A stretch of DNA of 64,000 nucleotides, from the NCBI GenBank assembly GCA_965201075.1, contig CBDAVP010000007.1:186001-250000 (forward strand). Reading direction: 5' to 3'. The notes below the pieces were generated by a model. The model did not search any database. It saw only the letters and a program-made list of their open reading frames with translations, and was not told where the DNA came from. Positions 28,887 to 38,687 of the stretch are shown here, piece by piece (positions within the stretch are counted from its first letter, which is position 1; each line of letters begins with the position of its first letter). Position numbers and translations under genes: made by a program. This DNA comes from Isosphaeraceae bacterium (lineage in GTDB: Bacteria > Planctomycetota > Planctomycetia > Isosphaerales > Isosphaeraceae).

Positions 28887-31373
28887 ATGCCCTTCAACAT
28901 TCTCTGTCCGAACTGCCAGCGGGCCGGGACGCTGCCCGACTCGTTCCGGGGTGGCAAGGTCCGCTGCCCGTCCTGCCAGACGATTCACGCCGTGGCCCAC
29001 CCCTCGGCCTCCAGCGCTGGCTCACGCACTGCCCCGGCCGCCTCATCGACCACGCCCAGGAAATCCCCGGCATCCTCCTCGTGGGATACGAGCCTGAATC
29101 GTTCGGCGACCGCTCCCGCGCCTCAGACCTCACCACCCCCCTCCCCAACACCGCCGCCCCCGCCGCCGGCCTACGTTCAGGCCCCGAGGCCCGTCGCCTC
29201 CCCCGCGGCGTGGGCTTCCGCTCCGGGTCAGGCCCGCATCGCGACTCCACCCCCGCCCGGTCCCTCGCCGACGGAACTCCTCGGAGCAAGGCGTCGCCAT
29301 GAGGAACCCGAGAGATCGGGCATCTCTCCCGCGGTGATCGGCCTGATCGCGGCCGGCGGGGTCTTCGGCACCCTCCTGGTCGTCGCCGCCGTCGCCCTAC
29401 GTTCCGCCGGGACTTCCCAAGAGCCGAAGGTGGTCAAGGTCGACAACGTGCCGACCCAGGAAATCCCCTCGCCCGCCCCGGCGATCGTCGAGGCCATTGA
29501 GGTGCCATCCGCGACGCCCACGATCCCGGCCTATTCCACCCCCCCGGCTCCGACTCCGGTCTTCGCCTCTTCGACGGTCACCCCGCCGCCGCCGACGCCC
29601 GTGGCCACGGCCGCCTCGACCGAATTTCGCCAGGGCGCCCCCAGTTTCCACCAAGCCACCTCCCGCGAAACGCCCGCCGAGACGGTCAAGCGAATCAAGG
29701 ACGCCGCCGTCTTCATCAAGGTCAAGGCCGGCGACGAGGGCGGCTCCGGTTCCGGCTTCGTGATCCGGGTCGAGGGAACCAACGGCCTGATCGCCACCAA
29801 CCACCACGTCATCGGCCTAGGCAAGGAGGACGACGAGCCCGACCCCCAGGCCCCCAGCGCCGAGGTGACCGTCGTCTTTCGCAGCGGAACCCCTCAGCAA
29901 CGCGCCGTGCCCGCCCGCATCATTGCCACTGACCGCGTCGGCAATCGCGACCTGGCCATCCTCCGCGTCGAGGGCGTCCCCGACCTCCCCAAGCCAATCG
30001 CCATCGACCAGAAGCCCGAACTCACCGAGACCCAGCCGGTGTTGATCTACGGCTTCCCTTTCGGCGAAATGGACAAGATGCTCAGCACTCACGCCAATGT
30101 CGCCAGCCCGGGCATCACCATCAACAAAGGCTCCATCTCCAGCCTGCGCCGCAACGAGCATGGCGAGGTGACCTATGTCCAGATCGACGGCTCGCTCAAT
30201 CCCGGCAACAGCGGAGGTCCTGTCGTCGACGACCAGGGGCGACTGGTGGGCGTGGCCGTCGCCCAGATCCGCAACACCACCATCGGCTTCGCGGTCCCCG
30301 CCGTCGAGTTGACGCGAATGCTCGACGGGCGGGTCGGCCGCCTACGGATGAAGCTGGCCTCCCGAGAGTCGTCCCTGTTCAACCTCGACGTCAAGGCCCG
30401 CCTCATTGACCCAATGAAGCGAATCCGCTCGGTCCAGTTCCTCCACGGTCGCCTCGATCCCAACCATCGGGTCGCCCCCAACCCCGACGGCTCCTGGTCA
30501 CCCCTGTCCGGGGCCCAGTCCCTCACCCTGACCGTCGGCGCCGAGCAAGCCGGCGGCCAGACCCTGCCGATCGCCACGGGAGTGTTTCAGGTCATCGCCA
30601 ACGTCCCCAACGACCGCAAATTGATGATCCAGTTGGCCCACACCGACACCAACGGTCGGACCACCTACGCCGCCCCCGAGGAGTTCGAGGTCCCCGAAAA
30701 ACCCGGCGAGATCAATACCCCCAACGGCACGGTCCAGGGGGATGTGATCCTCGCCGCCGAGGGTCTCGCCGAGATCACCAACTCCAAGGATTGTACCTCC
30801 AGTCGAGACCGCAAAAGCGTCACCATCAGCGTCCCGGGCACCGTACACCTCCTCAGCCCCGAGTTAAAGAAGAAGAACGCCCCGATGATGCTCGGCGAGA
30901 TCGAGGGGGATTTCGTCGCCCGGGTCAAGGTCGCCGGAGAGTTCCGTCCCGGAACCGAATCCGCCGGCAAACTCCCTCTGGCCTTCCACGGCGCGGGCTT
31001 GTTGCTCTGGCAGGACAACAATAACTATGTCCGCCTTGAGCGTACCGCCGGGACCACCAGAAGTAGCCCCGTTCTCCTGACCCGCATCCTGGTTGAGGTT
31101 TGCAGCAACGGCAAACCCACCGCCCCATTCTACATGCCCGTCCCCGAGGGGCCGCTCTACCTCCAATTCGTCCGGATTCACAGCGACCTGTACTGCATGT
31201 TCGGCCCCGATGGCCAGAAGTGGATCTCGCTCCAGAAGCTCGCGGCCGAATTCCCCGACAAGGTCAAGGTCGGCCTCACCGCCGCCAACACTTCCAAGAA
31301 AGCCTTCGCCGCGAAGTTCGAGGAGTTCAAGGTCATCAAGCCGACAGGTAAGGTCGAGGGGACCGACGAATAG
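28887..31373 (+). CDS. Membrane-anchored trypsin-like serine protease with N-terminal Zn ribbon and C-terminal ConA/DUF1349-like domain
   Basis: CPNC..CPSC, Pro-rich linker, TM, GSGSGF, TNHHV, DLAIL, NPGNSGGP; C-terminal APMM..GDFVARVKV..AGLLLW..NYVRLE. Confidence 0.82.
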   Translation: MPFNILCPNCQRAGTLPDSFRGGKVRCPSCQTIHAVAHPSASSAGSRTAPAASSTTPRKSPASSSWDTSLNRSATAPAPQTSPPPSPTPPPPPPAYVQAPRPVASPAAWASAPGQARIATPPPPGPSPTELLGARRRHEEPERSGISPAVIGLIAAGGVFGTLLVVAAVALRSAGTSQEPKVVKVDNVPTQEIPSPAPAIVEAIEVPSATPTIPAYSTPPAPTPVFASSTVTPPPPTPVATAASTEFRQGAPSFHQATSRETPAETVKRIKDAAVFIKVKAGDEGGSGSGFVIRVEGTNGLIATNHHVIGLGKEDDEPDPQAPSAEVTVVFRSGTPQQRAVPARIIATDRVGNRDLAILRVEGVPDLPKPIAIDQKPELTETQPVLIYGFPFGEMDKMLSTHANVASPGITINKGSISSLRRNEHGEVTYVQIDGSLNPGNSGGPVVDDQGRLVGVAVAQIRNTTIGFAVPAVELTRMLDGRVGRLRMKLASRESSLFNLDVKARLIDPMKRIRSVQFLHGRLDPNHRVAPNPDGSWSPLSGAQSLTLTVGAEQAGGQTLPIATGVFQVIANVPNDRKLMIQLAHTDTNGRTTYAAPEEFEVPEKPGEINTPNGTVQGDVILAAEGLAEITNSKDCTSSRDRKSVTISVPGTVHLLSPELKKKNAPMMLGEIEGDFVARVKVAGEFRPGTESAGKLPLAFHGAGLLLWQDNNNYVRLERTAGTTRSSPVLLTRILVEVCSNGKPTAPFYMPVPEGPLYLQFVRIHSDLYCMFGPDGQKWISLQKLAAEFPDKVKVGLTAANTSKKAFAAKFEEFKVIKPTGKVEGTDE

Positions 31374-31415
31374 CCAATCCCGCCTCCTCGGCAAGACCTC
31401 CAAACGAGCCGCGAC

Positions 31416-33647
31416 ATGACCCGTCGGACGATCTCCAGAAGTCCTCACGGTCGCGCGAGCTGGCTCCTCGTGACTTTGACACTGGGAATTTCGTCAACGG
31501 CCCATGCCGCCGATGCGCCGACCGATCCTTACGAGGCCTACGTCCGCCACTCGCGAGACTTCCACCGGGTCCGTCAGCCGCGTTCCTCGTCCGATTCCCA
31601 CTTCCCGGCCTGGGTCAACATGCCCTGGCCCCACCGCTGGACCATCGGCGAGTCCGACACCTCAGCCCAATGGGCCAAGGCTCACGGCTACAACGGGGGC
31701 GTTCTCAACGGCACCGCCGAGGGCCTCAACGACGCCGATCGCCATCGCCTCTCCTGGTTCAACCAGCACGACTTCCGCTTCTATCTCGACCACGCCGCGG
31801 CCAAGCGTCGCCTCCACCTCTGGGACGGCGACGCCGTGCGACCCCACCTCGGCGAACTGCACGGCAACGGAATCCGCCCCGTCCCACTCAACAATGCGCT
31901 TCGCGACGCACTCCGCGAAACGATCCGCCGCAACGTCGACGCGGTCAAAGCGTCCCCCCAGCGAGCCGCCTATGCCCTGGACGATGAGTTGTCCTGGGGC
32001 CACTTCATCCACCCGGCCATGTGGCAAATCACCGACGACCCCGCCGCTTACGCCAACTGGCTTCGCGAAATCCACGGACCCAATCCCCCCATCCGCGACC
32101 GCTGGATCACCTACGAGGCCATCCGCCCCAAGCTCGCCGACTGGACCCTTGCCCAGTTCGATGCGAGCGCTTTGCTCGACCAATGGACGTTCAATGACTC
32201 AACCTGGCTGAACTTCCTGGGCGACCTCGTGACGTTCACCAACGAACTCGACCCGCGCACCCCCTGTGGCATCGTCGGCGGCCAGTCGCCCAGTCCCTTC
32301 GGAGGCTACGACTACGCCAAGCTGATGCGCAAGGTCCAGTTCATCGAGTCCTACAACCTCGGTTCGTCCCAGAATCTCATCCGGTCGTTCAACCCCAACA
32401 ACGCCCTGCCCACGGTGACCACCCACTTCCACCGGTCCACCGAGGACGACATCTGGCAGACCTGGTACTACCTCGTCCACGGCAACCGCGGATTCATTGA
32501 CTGGGTCGACGGCTGGTTCGAAGGGGCCACTCCCGCCCTTTGGCACGACCAGGTCGCCCCCACCTACCGAGAGGCGAACACAAGGATTGGTCCCCTGCTC
32601 GCCGACGCCCGTTGGATTCACGACGGCGTTGCCCTCTACTACAGTCACGCTTCGATCCAGCTCGGCTGGACCCTCGACGCCGCGGCCCACGGCAAAACCT
32701 GGATCAATCGCAACGACGACGCTCGCCTCGGCTCCTCCCACGGCATTCGTCACGCCTGGGAGAATCTCCTTCGTGACGCCGGCCTCCAGGCCAACTTCCT
32801 CAGTTACGCCGACGTCATCGAATACGGCATCCCCTCCGAATATCAGGTCCTGATCCTCCCCGCCTGCCTGGCCCTCTCCGACGTCGAGGTACGCCATATT
32901 GAAGCATTCTGCCGAGCCGGAGGAACGGTCATCGCCGACGTACTCCCCGCCCTCTGGGACCAGCACGGCAAGGGGCGACCCCAGGGCGGGGCTCTCGACG
33001 CACTGTTTGGCGTCCACCACGACCCAAACCTTCGCGCTGCCGACCTGTTCAACGGCAATACGCTCTGGTGCGAAACCGACCAGGACGCCAATTACGGCGC
33101 CAGGTCCTTTGATGAGTTACTGACCCATCACAACACCTGCCTGACCGGCCCCGAGGGTTATCACCGGGCAGTCCGAGCCATGCCCAAGCCCTCGCCCAAT
33201 CGCCAAGGGGCCGGTGCTGCGACCCTCCTCAACGAGTCCCCCCAGCGCTACAACGCCTATCGAGAAGCCGGTCACCTCGCATCTCAGGCTCGAAAGACCT
33301 TTCTCGACCCCGTCCTGAAGCGGATCGCCCCCTGGGTCCGTCTTCAAGGGGCCGGCGAGGCTGAACACGGCTACGAATTCACTTACTGGAGCAAGGCCGG
33401 TCGCACTATTGTCTGCCTGGTCCTCAACCCGGAGATTCTCGCCAACGATACCGGAGGAGGTCACGCGGCGGGTCTAAAGACCGGCACAATTCCCGTGGTG
33501 GTCTCGTTCCGAGACGACGTGAATGACGTTCGCGACGAACGAACCGGCAAACGCATCGGCAACGGCCGAACCTTCGCGCTCTCCTGGATTCGCAACGAAG
33601 CCGTCATCCTCTCCTTCGAGGGCGATCCTCCTCGCCAAGGCCCCTGA
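31416..33647 (+). CDS. Secreted glycoside-hydrolase-like protein with beta-galactosidase trimerisation-type domain
   Basis: Signal peptide ending AHA; YALDDE; VALYYS; YQVLILP..LALSD..F.RAGGTVIAD. Confidence 0.6.
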   Translation: MTRRTISRSPHGRASWLLVTLTLGISSTAHAADAPTDPYEAYVRHSRDFHRVRQPRSSSDSHFPAWVNMPWPHRWTIGESDTSAQWAKAHGYNGGVLNGTAEGLNDADRHRLSWFNQHDFRFYLDHAAAKRRLHLWDGDAVRPHLGELHGNGIRPVPLNNALRDALRETIRRNVDAVKASPQRAAYALDDELSWGHFIHPAMWQITDDPAAYANWLREIHGPNPPIRDRWITYEAIRPKLADWTLAQFDASALLDQWTFNDSTWLNFLGDLVTFTNELDPRTPCGIVGGQSPSPFGGYDYAKLMRKVQFIESYNLGSSQNLIRSFNPNNALPTVTTHFHRSTEDDIWQTWYYLVHGNRGFIDWVDGWFEGATPALWHDQVAPTYREANTRIGPLLADARWIHDGVALYYSHASIQLGWTLDAAAHGKTWINRNDDARLGSSHGIRHAWENLLRDAGLQANFLSYADVIEYGIPSEYQVLILPACLALSDVEVRHIEAFCRAGGTVIADVLPALWDQHGKGRPQGGALDALFGVHHDPNLRAADLFNGNTLWCETDQDANYGARSFDELLTHHNTCLTGPEGYHRAVRAMPKPSPNRQGAGAATLLNESPQRYNAYREAGHLASQARKTFLDPVLKRIAPWVRLQGAGEAEHGYEFTYWSKAGRTIVCLVLNPEILANDTGGGHAAGLKTGTIPVVVSFRDDVNDVRDERTGKRIGNGRTFALSWIRNEAVILSFEGDPPRQGP

Positions 33648-33669
33648 AACGGCACCGCCGGCTCGTCCC

Positions 33670-34089
33670 TCAAAGCCCTTCGGTCTCAGGCGTCGTCTTC
33701 AAGGCCGGCGTCGCCAGGGCCGCGGCCGTTGCGGTCGCGTAGGTCCGGCAATGGGAGATGCTCAGCAGCATCGACCCCACCCCTCGCTGAATCGCCGCCT
33801 CCCGCGCTCCGCCTCCCAGTACGACCTGCGGAGTTCCCGATGGCAAGATGCGTACCTCCAGGTCGGTCCAAAGGACGCCCCGAGTCCATCCACTGCCCAG
33901 CGCCTTGAGGATCGCCTCCTTCGCCGCCCAATGTCCGGCGAAATGTTCGATCGCGTGCTTGCGAGACTGGCAGTGGCGAATCTCGCGATCCGTATAAACC
34001 CGTCGCAGGAACAATTCCCCATGCTGCTCGATCATCCGACCGATTCGAGGACACTCCACAATCTCGGTGCCGATCCCCAGGAGGCTCAT
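33670..34089 (-). CDS. acpS: Holo-[acyl-carrier-protein] synthase
   Basis: GIGTEIVE, FLRRVYT..E, FAGHWAAKEAILKALGSG, LSISH. Confidence 0.93.
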   Translation of the reverse strand: MSLLGIGTEIVECPRIGRMIEQHGELFLRRVYTDREIRHCQSRKHAIEHFAGHWAAKEAILKALGSGWTRGVLWTDLEVRILPSGTPQVVLGGGAREAAIQRGVGSMLLSISHCRTYATATAAALATPALKTTPETEGL

Positions 34090-34131
34090 ACCAGGACCTT
34101 TGAGTCAAAAACCCCTAGCGCCGGAGACCGA

Positions 34132-34935
34132 TTAAGGGGCCGGCGTCTTCTTGTACAGAACCAGCAGGCTCATGATGAGACTCTTGGGCTGGGCCTCGTC
34201 GGCGACGTAATAAACCAGGTCGCCGCGACGTGCCAGTTCGGCGGAGCCCAAGGTAATGCGGCTCATCGACAACCCGCCCATTCCGGGCTGGATGGCATAG
34301 CTGATGTTATTGGCCGCGGCGATCCGGAACGGGTCGAGACTGTTGAGCGGCCCGACGATGTGGACGCGAGTGGGCAAGTTCTGCTCGCCAGGCATCATGA
34401 AATAGCGGGCGCCGTAGGTGTTGATCTGGTCGACATCCCATGGTGTCAGCACGCGGTTAAGGCCGACGATGTTCTGAACCGTTGGCGACACCAAACCCCG
34501 GGCGTCCTGCTCATAGACGTCCACATGGTCGGTGCCGATCATGTTCGAGCCAAGATTCACGCCATTGGCCTCGACCAACGCCTCGGGAGATATGCGGTCG
34601 GGGGAGGTTGGCCAGCGAATCAAAAACTGCTTGATTGCGTCGACGCCCACCGGATATTGACGACCCTCGGCGTCCTGAAGGACCAGCCACCCCTTGGAAC
34701 TGGTGCTCAACACCTCGGCCCAAGAGCCCTGCCGAGGAATATTGGCGCCACTGCCATCCATGCCCAGGCCGGGGAAGCCGTAATTCCCCGTGCCGCCATA
34801 AGCATTGCCCGCGCCGCCGGCGCCATTGGTGCCGCCGAGGATCTGAGCCTCAGCCCGGCCGGGGACAAAGACCGCTCCTGCCCCCAACACGATCAGGCCG
34901 AACCATCTCAGGCGAGATGCGTTACGCGGACTCAT
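34132..34935 (-). CDS. Hypothetical secreted protein
   Basis: Signal peptide ending AEA-Q, Gly-rich N-terminus, globular remainder; co-oriented just upstream of acpS. Confidence 0.65.
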   Translation of the reverse strand: MSPRNASRLRWFGLIVLGAGAVFVPGRAEAQILGGTNGAGGAGNAYGGTGNYGFPGLGMDGSGANIPRQGSWAEVLSTSSKGWLVLQDAEGRQYPVGVDAIKQFLIRWPTSPDRISPEALVEANGVNLGSNMIGTDHVDVYEQDARGLVSPTVQNIVGLNRVLTPWDVDQINTYGARYFMMPGEQNLPTRVHIVGPLNSLDPFRIAAANNISYAIQPGMGGLSMSRITLGSAELARRGDLVYYVADEAQPKSLIMSLLVLYKKTPAP

Positions 34936-35199
34936 GGCCAATCCCTCCACCCTGACCCGTTCCGTGGTCCAGGACTCTCGCACTCTAGACCTCCATCCTA
35001 GCACGGCCCCCCGACCGCAACGAGAGTCCGAATGTTTCCTCCTGGGCGGTTCCTGCTCCATCGGCCTCGAAATCGGCAGCGAATTCCACCGAATTCTCTG
35101 GAACCACCTGAAGTTTTACTGTACAAGTTTATCCTAGATGCGATGACAAGGCATGGCGAATGGGGATTTCCCAGGCGCGGGACGACGGAGGGGTTCGTC

Positions 35200-37470
35200 A
35201 TGGCTCGGTCGAATCGAACAAATGACGGGGTCGACCCGAGTTCGGCCGAGGAACGGATGGTCCGCGAGGCGGGCCTGGGGAATGAGGCGGAGGTCCGCGA
35301 CTGGCTGGCGGCGGGACTGGCCCCGGGCGTCGTGTCGGCTCGGAAACAAACCGCCCTGTACCGGGCCGCTCGAGAAGGGCATCTGGCGGTGGTGAACTGC
35401 CTGGTCGCGGCCGGTGCCTCCCTGGAGTTGCCCACGCCGAACGATCCCGAGGGAAACCTCGACCTTGCCGGCAACGCCCCGTCCACCACCAAGGTCGACA
35501 CAACCCACGGTGGACTTAGAATCAGGTTTGATCCGGGTGCGTTCCTCGACGCGCAAAGGGTCCGGGGCGACCTCCCCCCCTGGGAGGACATCACGCCGCT
35601 GATGGCCGCGGTCCGTCGGGGTCATGTCGAGGTCGTACGCGCCCTGCTGGCCGCCGGGGCCGATGGCAATGCCCGAGATCGTTCGGGAGCAACGCCTTTG
35701 ATCGTGGCGATCCTGACCGGGCAGCGAACGTTGGCCGGGGAACTGATCGACGCTGGGGTCGACGTCGAGGCTCGCGACAAGCGGGGACGCAGCCCCCTGC
35801 TGGTAGCCGTGAGTCTCGGGGCGAGGGAACTGGTCGAGACGCTGGTCGGCGCCGGAGCCACTGTGGAAGACCTGGGCCCGGCGGATCTTGTCGGCGCGGC
35901 AATCCGGGGCGACGTGGACCACATCCGCCGGCTCCTGGCCGAGGGGGTGCCGGTCGACTCGCCCAACCCGAGCGGGCAGGTCGCCTTGAGGGAGGCCGTG
36001 GCTCATGGCCAGATGGCTTCGGTGTCCGCCTTGATCGAAGGCGGGGCCGACCTGAACGCGGGAAACTCCTGGGATCGCCCACTGTCCCGGGCCAACTACT
36101 ACAACCGGCCCGAGGTCGCCAAGGTGCTGATCCGTGCCGGGGCAACCTTGGACCGCGAGGATCTGGAGTCGGAACTCAGCACCGCCGAGGGGAACGGACG
36201 AACTGAAATGGCCGAGTTGCTCAGGGGGATGACGCCCTCGGCGGCCCCCACGATCGTCGCCGCGATCGAGGCCCGCGACTGGCCATTACTTCGCAAGCTC
36301 GGGACCGAGGCCCACCCCTTCCGCCTCAGCCAGGAGGCCCACGCCGCGGCGGAGGCGGGCGACGTGGACTTGCTCCGCGAGATCCTGGCGTGCGGGCTCG
36401 AGCCGGACGACGCGGTGGACGAGTCGAGCATCACCGCCCTGGAAATCGCGGCGGCTCACGGACAAGCCGAGGCGGTTCGGTTGCTGCTGGAACGAGGGGC
36501 GAACCCCAAGCGAAAGAACCCCCAGGACGGCGACACGCCCATTCGTTGCGCCGCCAGGGGCGGGTCACTGGCGGCCGTCCGACTGTTGATCGACGCCGGG
36601 GCCAAGGTGACGCGAGGCGTCTATCAGGACGCCGCCGAAGCCGGCAATCGAGAGGTCTTTCGAGCCCTGGCCGTGGACCTCACGCCGACGACACGCAAAC
36701 GCCTGGAGAAGGTGCTGGCCGAGGCGTTGCGACGCAAGATCGAGCAAGGCGTGGTCCACCCTCGCGGCGACGACCTGTTCCTGGCCGCCTTCCAGGGCAA
36801 GGTCGACGAACTCCGCCAATTGCTGGCCGCCGGAGTGCCCCCCGACGCGATGGCCGGCAGCGGCTCCCCGGCGCTCGTCTCGGCGGCCCTCGGGGGAAAA
36901 GTTGAGGTCGTCACGGTTCTGCTGGCCGCCGGAGCGAAACCGGACCTGCGTGACCGCGAAGGCCACTCCGCCGCGATCGGCGCGGCAATGGTCGGGTCCG
37001 AGGAATCGCTCAAGCAACTGGCCGCCGCGGGCGCCGACCTGAACGCCCGCGACTACAACGACAAAACCGCCCTGGATTACGCCATCGAGCGCGGCCACCC
37101 CGGCACCGCCGCGTTGCTGGTCGAACTCGGCGCGCAATTCGACAAGGACAACGACCCGGTCGCCCTGGCCTGGAAAACCTCGTTAACGGAACTCCAGAGC
37201 CTGATGCAACTTTCCCGACGGATCGACAAGGCCACGGGTCGGCCCGGCCCGCCGACCCACAATGTCGCGGCGTTGACCGAGGAACTGGCCTCGGTGTTGA
37301 AAGTGGCGCCGACGCCGGTCAGGGTCCTGGCCGCCACCCTGCTGTTCGAGTTCTCACCCTTCAGCGAGCGGGCCCAGGACGTCCTGAAGGTCGCCGAGGC
37401 CGACCCGGACCCGGCGGTCCGCCGCGCGGCCTCCGGAGACGCGTCGGCGGCGGACGGCGACGAGGGTTAG
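35200..37470 (+). CDS. Ankyrin-repeat protein with C-terminal HEAT-like repeat
   Basis: Many ankyrin units (TPLMAAVRRGH..VVRALLAAGAD, GATPLIVA, TALEIAAAHGQ, GDTPIRCA, KTALDYA); ends DPDPAVRRAA. Confidence 0.9.
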   Translation: MARSNRTNDGVDPSSAEERMVREAGLGNEAEVRDWLAAGLAPGVVSARKQTALYRAAREGHLAVVNCLVAAGASLELPTPNDPEGNLDLAGNAPSTTKVDTTHGGLRIRFDPGAFLDAQRVRGDLPPWEDITPLMAAVRRGHVEVVRALLAAGADGNARDRSGATPLIVAILTGQRTLAGELIDAGVDVEARDKRGRSPLLVAVSLGARELVETLVGAGATVEDLGPADLVGAAIRGDVDHIRRLLAEGVPVDSPNPSGQVALREAVAHGQMASVSALIEGGADLNAGNSWDRPLSRANYYNRPEVAKVLIRAGATLDREDLESELSTAEGNGRTEMAELLRGMTPSAAPTIVAAIEARDWPLLRKLGTEAHPFRLSQEAHAAAEAGDVDLLREILACGLEPDDAVDESSITALEIAAAHGQAEAVRLLLERGANPKRKNPQDGDTPIRCAARGGSLAAVRLLIDAGAKVTRGVYQDAAEAGNREVFRALAVDLTPTTRKRLEKVLAEALRRKIEQGVVHPRGDDLFLAAFQGKVDELRQLLAAGVPPDAMAGSGSPALVSAALGGKVEVVTVLLAAGAKPDLRDREGHSAAIGAAMVGSEESLKQLAAAGADLNARDYNDKTALDYAIERGHPGTAALLVELGAQFDKDNDPVALAWKTSLTELQSLMQLSRRIDKATGRPGPPTHNVAALTEELASVLKVAPTPVRVLAATLLFEFSPFSERAQDVLKVAEADPDPAVRRAASGDASAADGDEG

Positions 37471-38227
37471 GAGATTCTTCCTCCTCGGCATCCAGGTCGC
37501 ACCAGGGCCCCCGACTGACAAACCTCGGAGGCGGCAAGGCCTCGGCCCGGGCCAGGGCCTCAGCCGCCGAAACCTCATCGCGACGACGACCCACGCCCCG
37601 GAAAATTCGCAGGCCCCGGCTCCGGGCCAGAATCTCTCGACGGCTCCGCCCCTCGGGAGCATCGGGCCAGGGTCCGGGCCGCTCGTCGAAGGCGAAGAAC
37701 GACGGAACCACCGAGGCGATGTAGGCCCAGTAATCCGGGTTATCAGTTTGGATCGCGAACAGGCCACCGGCGGCCAGACCCCGATGGACGTCGGCCAGGA
37801 ACCTCGGCGTGACCAGTCGCAGGTGGGCCAACCCAGGGTCATGGTACGGCTGGGGGTGATACAGGTGAATCTCGGCCACGCTGCCCGGCCCGACGTATCG
37901 CCCGACAATCGTCTGAGCGTCCCGCACGGCGAAGCGTGTATTGTGCAGCCCCCGCTGATTCGCCCGACGTGTGGCGTAGCGAATGACCGTCGGCATCAGG
38001 TCGGAGGCGAAATGGTCGTGATCGGGCCGGGCCAGGGCGCTCTGGAGCGTGAACCGCCCATTGCCGCATCCCAGTTCGACAACCACCGGCGCAACCCGTC
38101 CGAACAGGCTCGGCCAGTCCAGTGGGCCCGTGGGTGGCAATCGCTTGAGCGCCGTGCGAGCCCACTGATCGGGAGGCAAAATCGTTCCGGGGATCGGCAC
38201 CCCAAACTCGTGTTCGACCTCGGGCAT
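37361..38227 (-). CDS. trmB: tRNA (guanine-N7)-methyltransferase TrmB-like
   Basis: VVELGCGNGRF, IHLYHPQPY, RLVTPRF, IQTDNPDY. Confidence 0.75.
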   Translation of the reverse strand: MPEVEHEFGVPIPGTILPPDQWARTALKRLPPTGPLDWPSLFGRVAPVVVELGCGNGRFTLQSALARPDHDHFASDLMPTVIRYATRRANQRGLHNTRFAVRDAQTIVGRYVGPGSVAEIHLYHPQPYHDPGLAHLRLVTPRFLADVHRGLAAGGLFAIQTDNPDYWAYIASVVPSFFAFDERPGPWPDAPEGRSRREILARSRGLRIFRGVGRRRDEVSAAEALARAEALPPPRFVSRGPWCDLDAEEEESPNPRRRPPPTRLRRPRGGPPGPGRPRRPSGRPGPAR

Positions 38228-38324
38228 GGGGTGATCCCGGCTCGCTCTTGGCGTATCGTGATGGGGTCAACGGGGCGCGCTCGACGTCCCGCCTCAGCCT
38301 AACGCGAGCGGAGCCGGGACCGCC

Positions 38325-38687
38325 ATGTCCGAATCATCGATGGTCGATCGCCTCTGCCAACTCATCGCCGAGCGCAAGGCGAATCCCCCTGCGGAACGCT
38401 CCTACGTGGTCTCGCTACTCAACGGCGGTGTCCCCAAGATCGGGGCCAAAATCTCCGAGGAAGCGGGCGAGGTGGTCGAGGCCGCCAGCGAGTCAGGCGC
38501 CGAAGGTCGCGACCACCTCATCCACGAGGTGGCCGATCTTCTGTTCCATACCCTGGTTCTGCTGGGACACGCCGGCATCCCCTGGACCGAGGTCGAAGGG
38601 GAACTCGCCCGAAGGTTCGGCGTGGGCGGGTTTGCCGAGAAAGCGTCGAGGGCGCCCAGGGCGGTCAATCCTTCGGCGGCTCCTTGA
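38325..38687 (+). CDS. hisE: Phosphoribosyl-ATP pyrophosphatase
   Basis: SYVVSLL..G..KIGAKISEEAGEV, EVADLLFHTLVLL, ELARRFG. Confidence 0.93.
   Translation: MSESSMVDRLCQLIAERKANPPAERSYVVSLLNGGVPKIGAKISEEAGEVVEAASESGAEGRDHLIHEVADLLFHTLVLLGHAGIPWTEVEGELARRFGVGGFAEKASRAPRAVNPSAAP

Noticed and set aside
38665..38687. hisE overlap with the convergent GT-C-like gene
   Set aside because: A 23-bp tail-to-tail overlap is commonplace.
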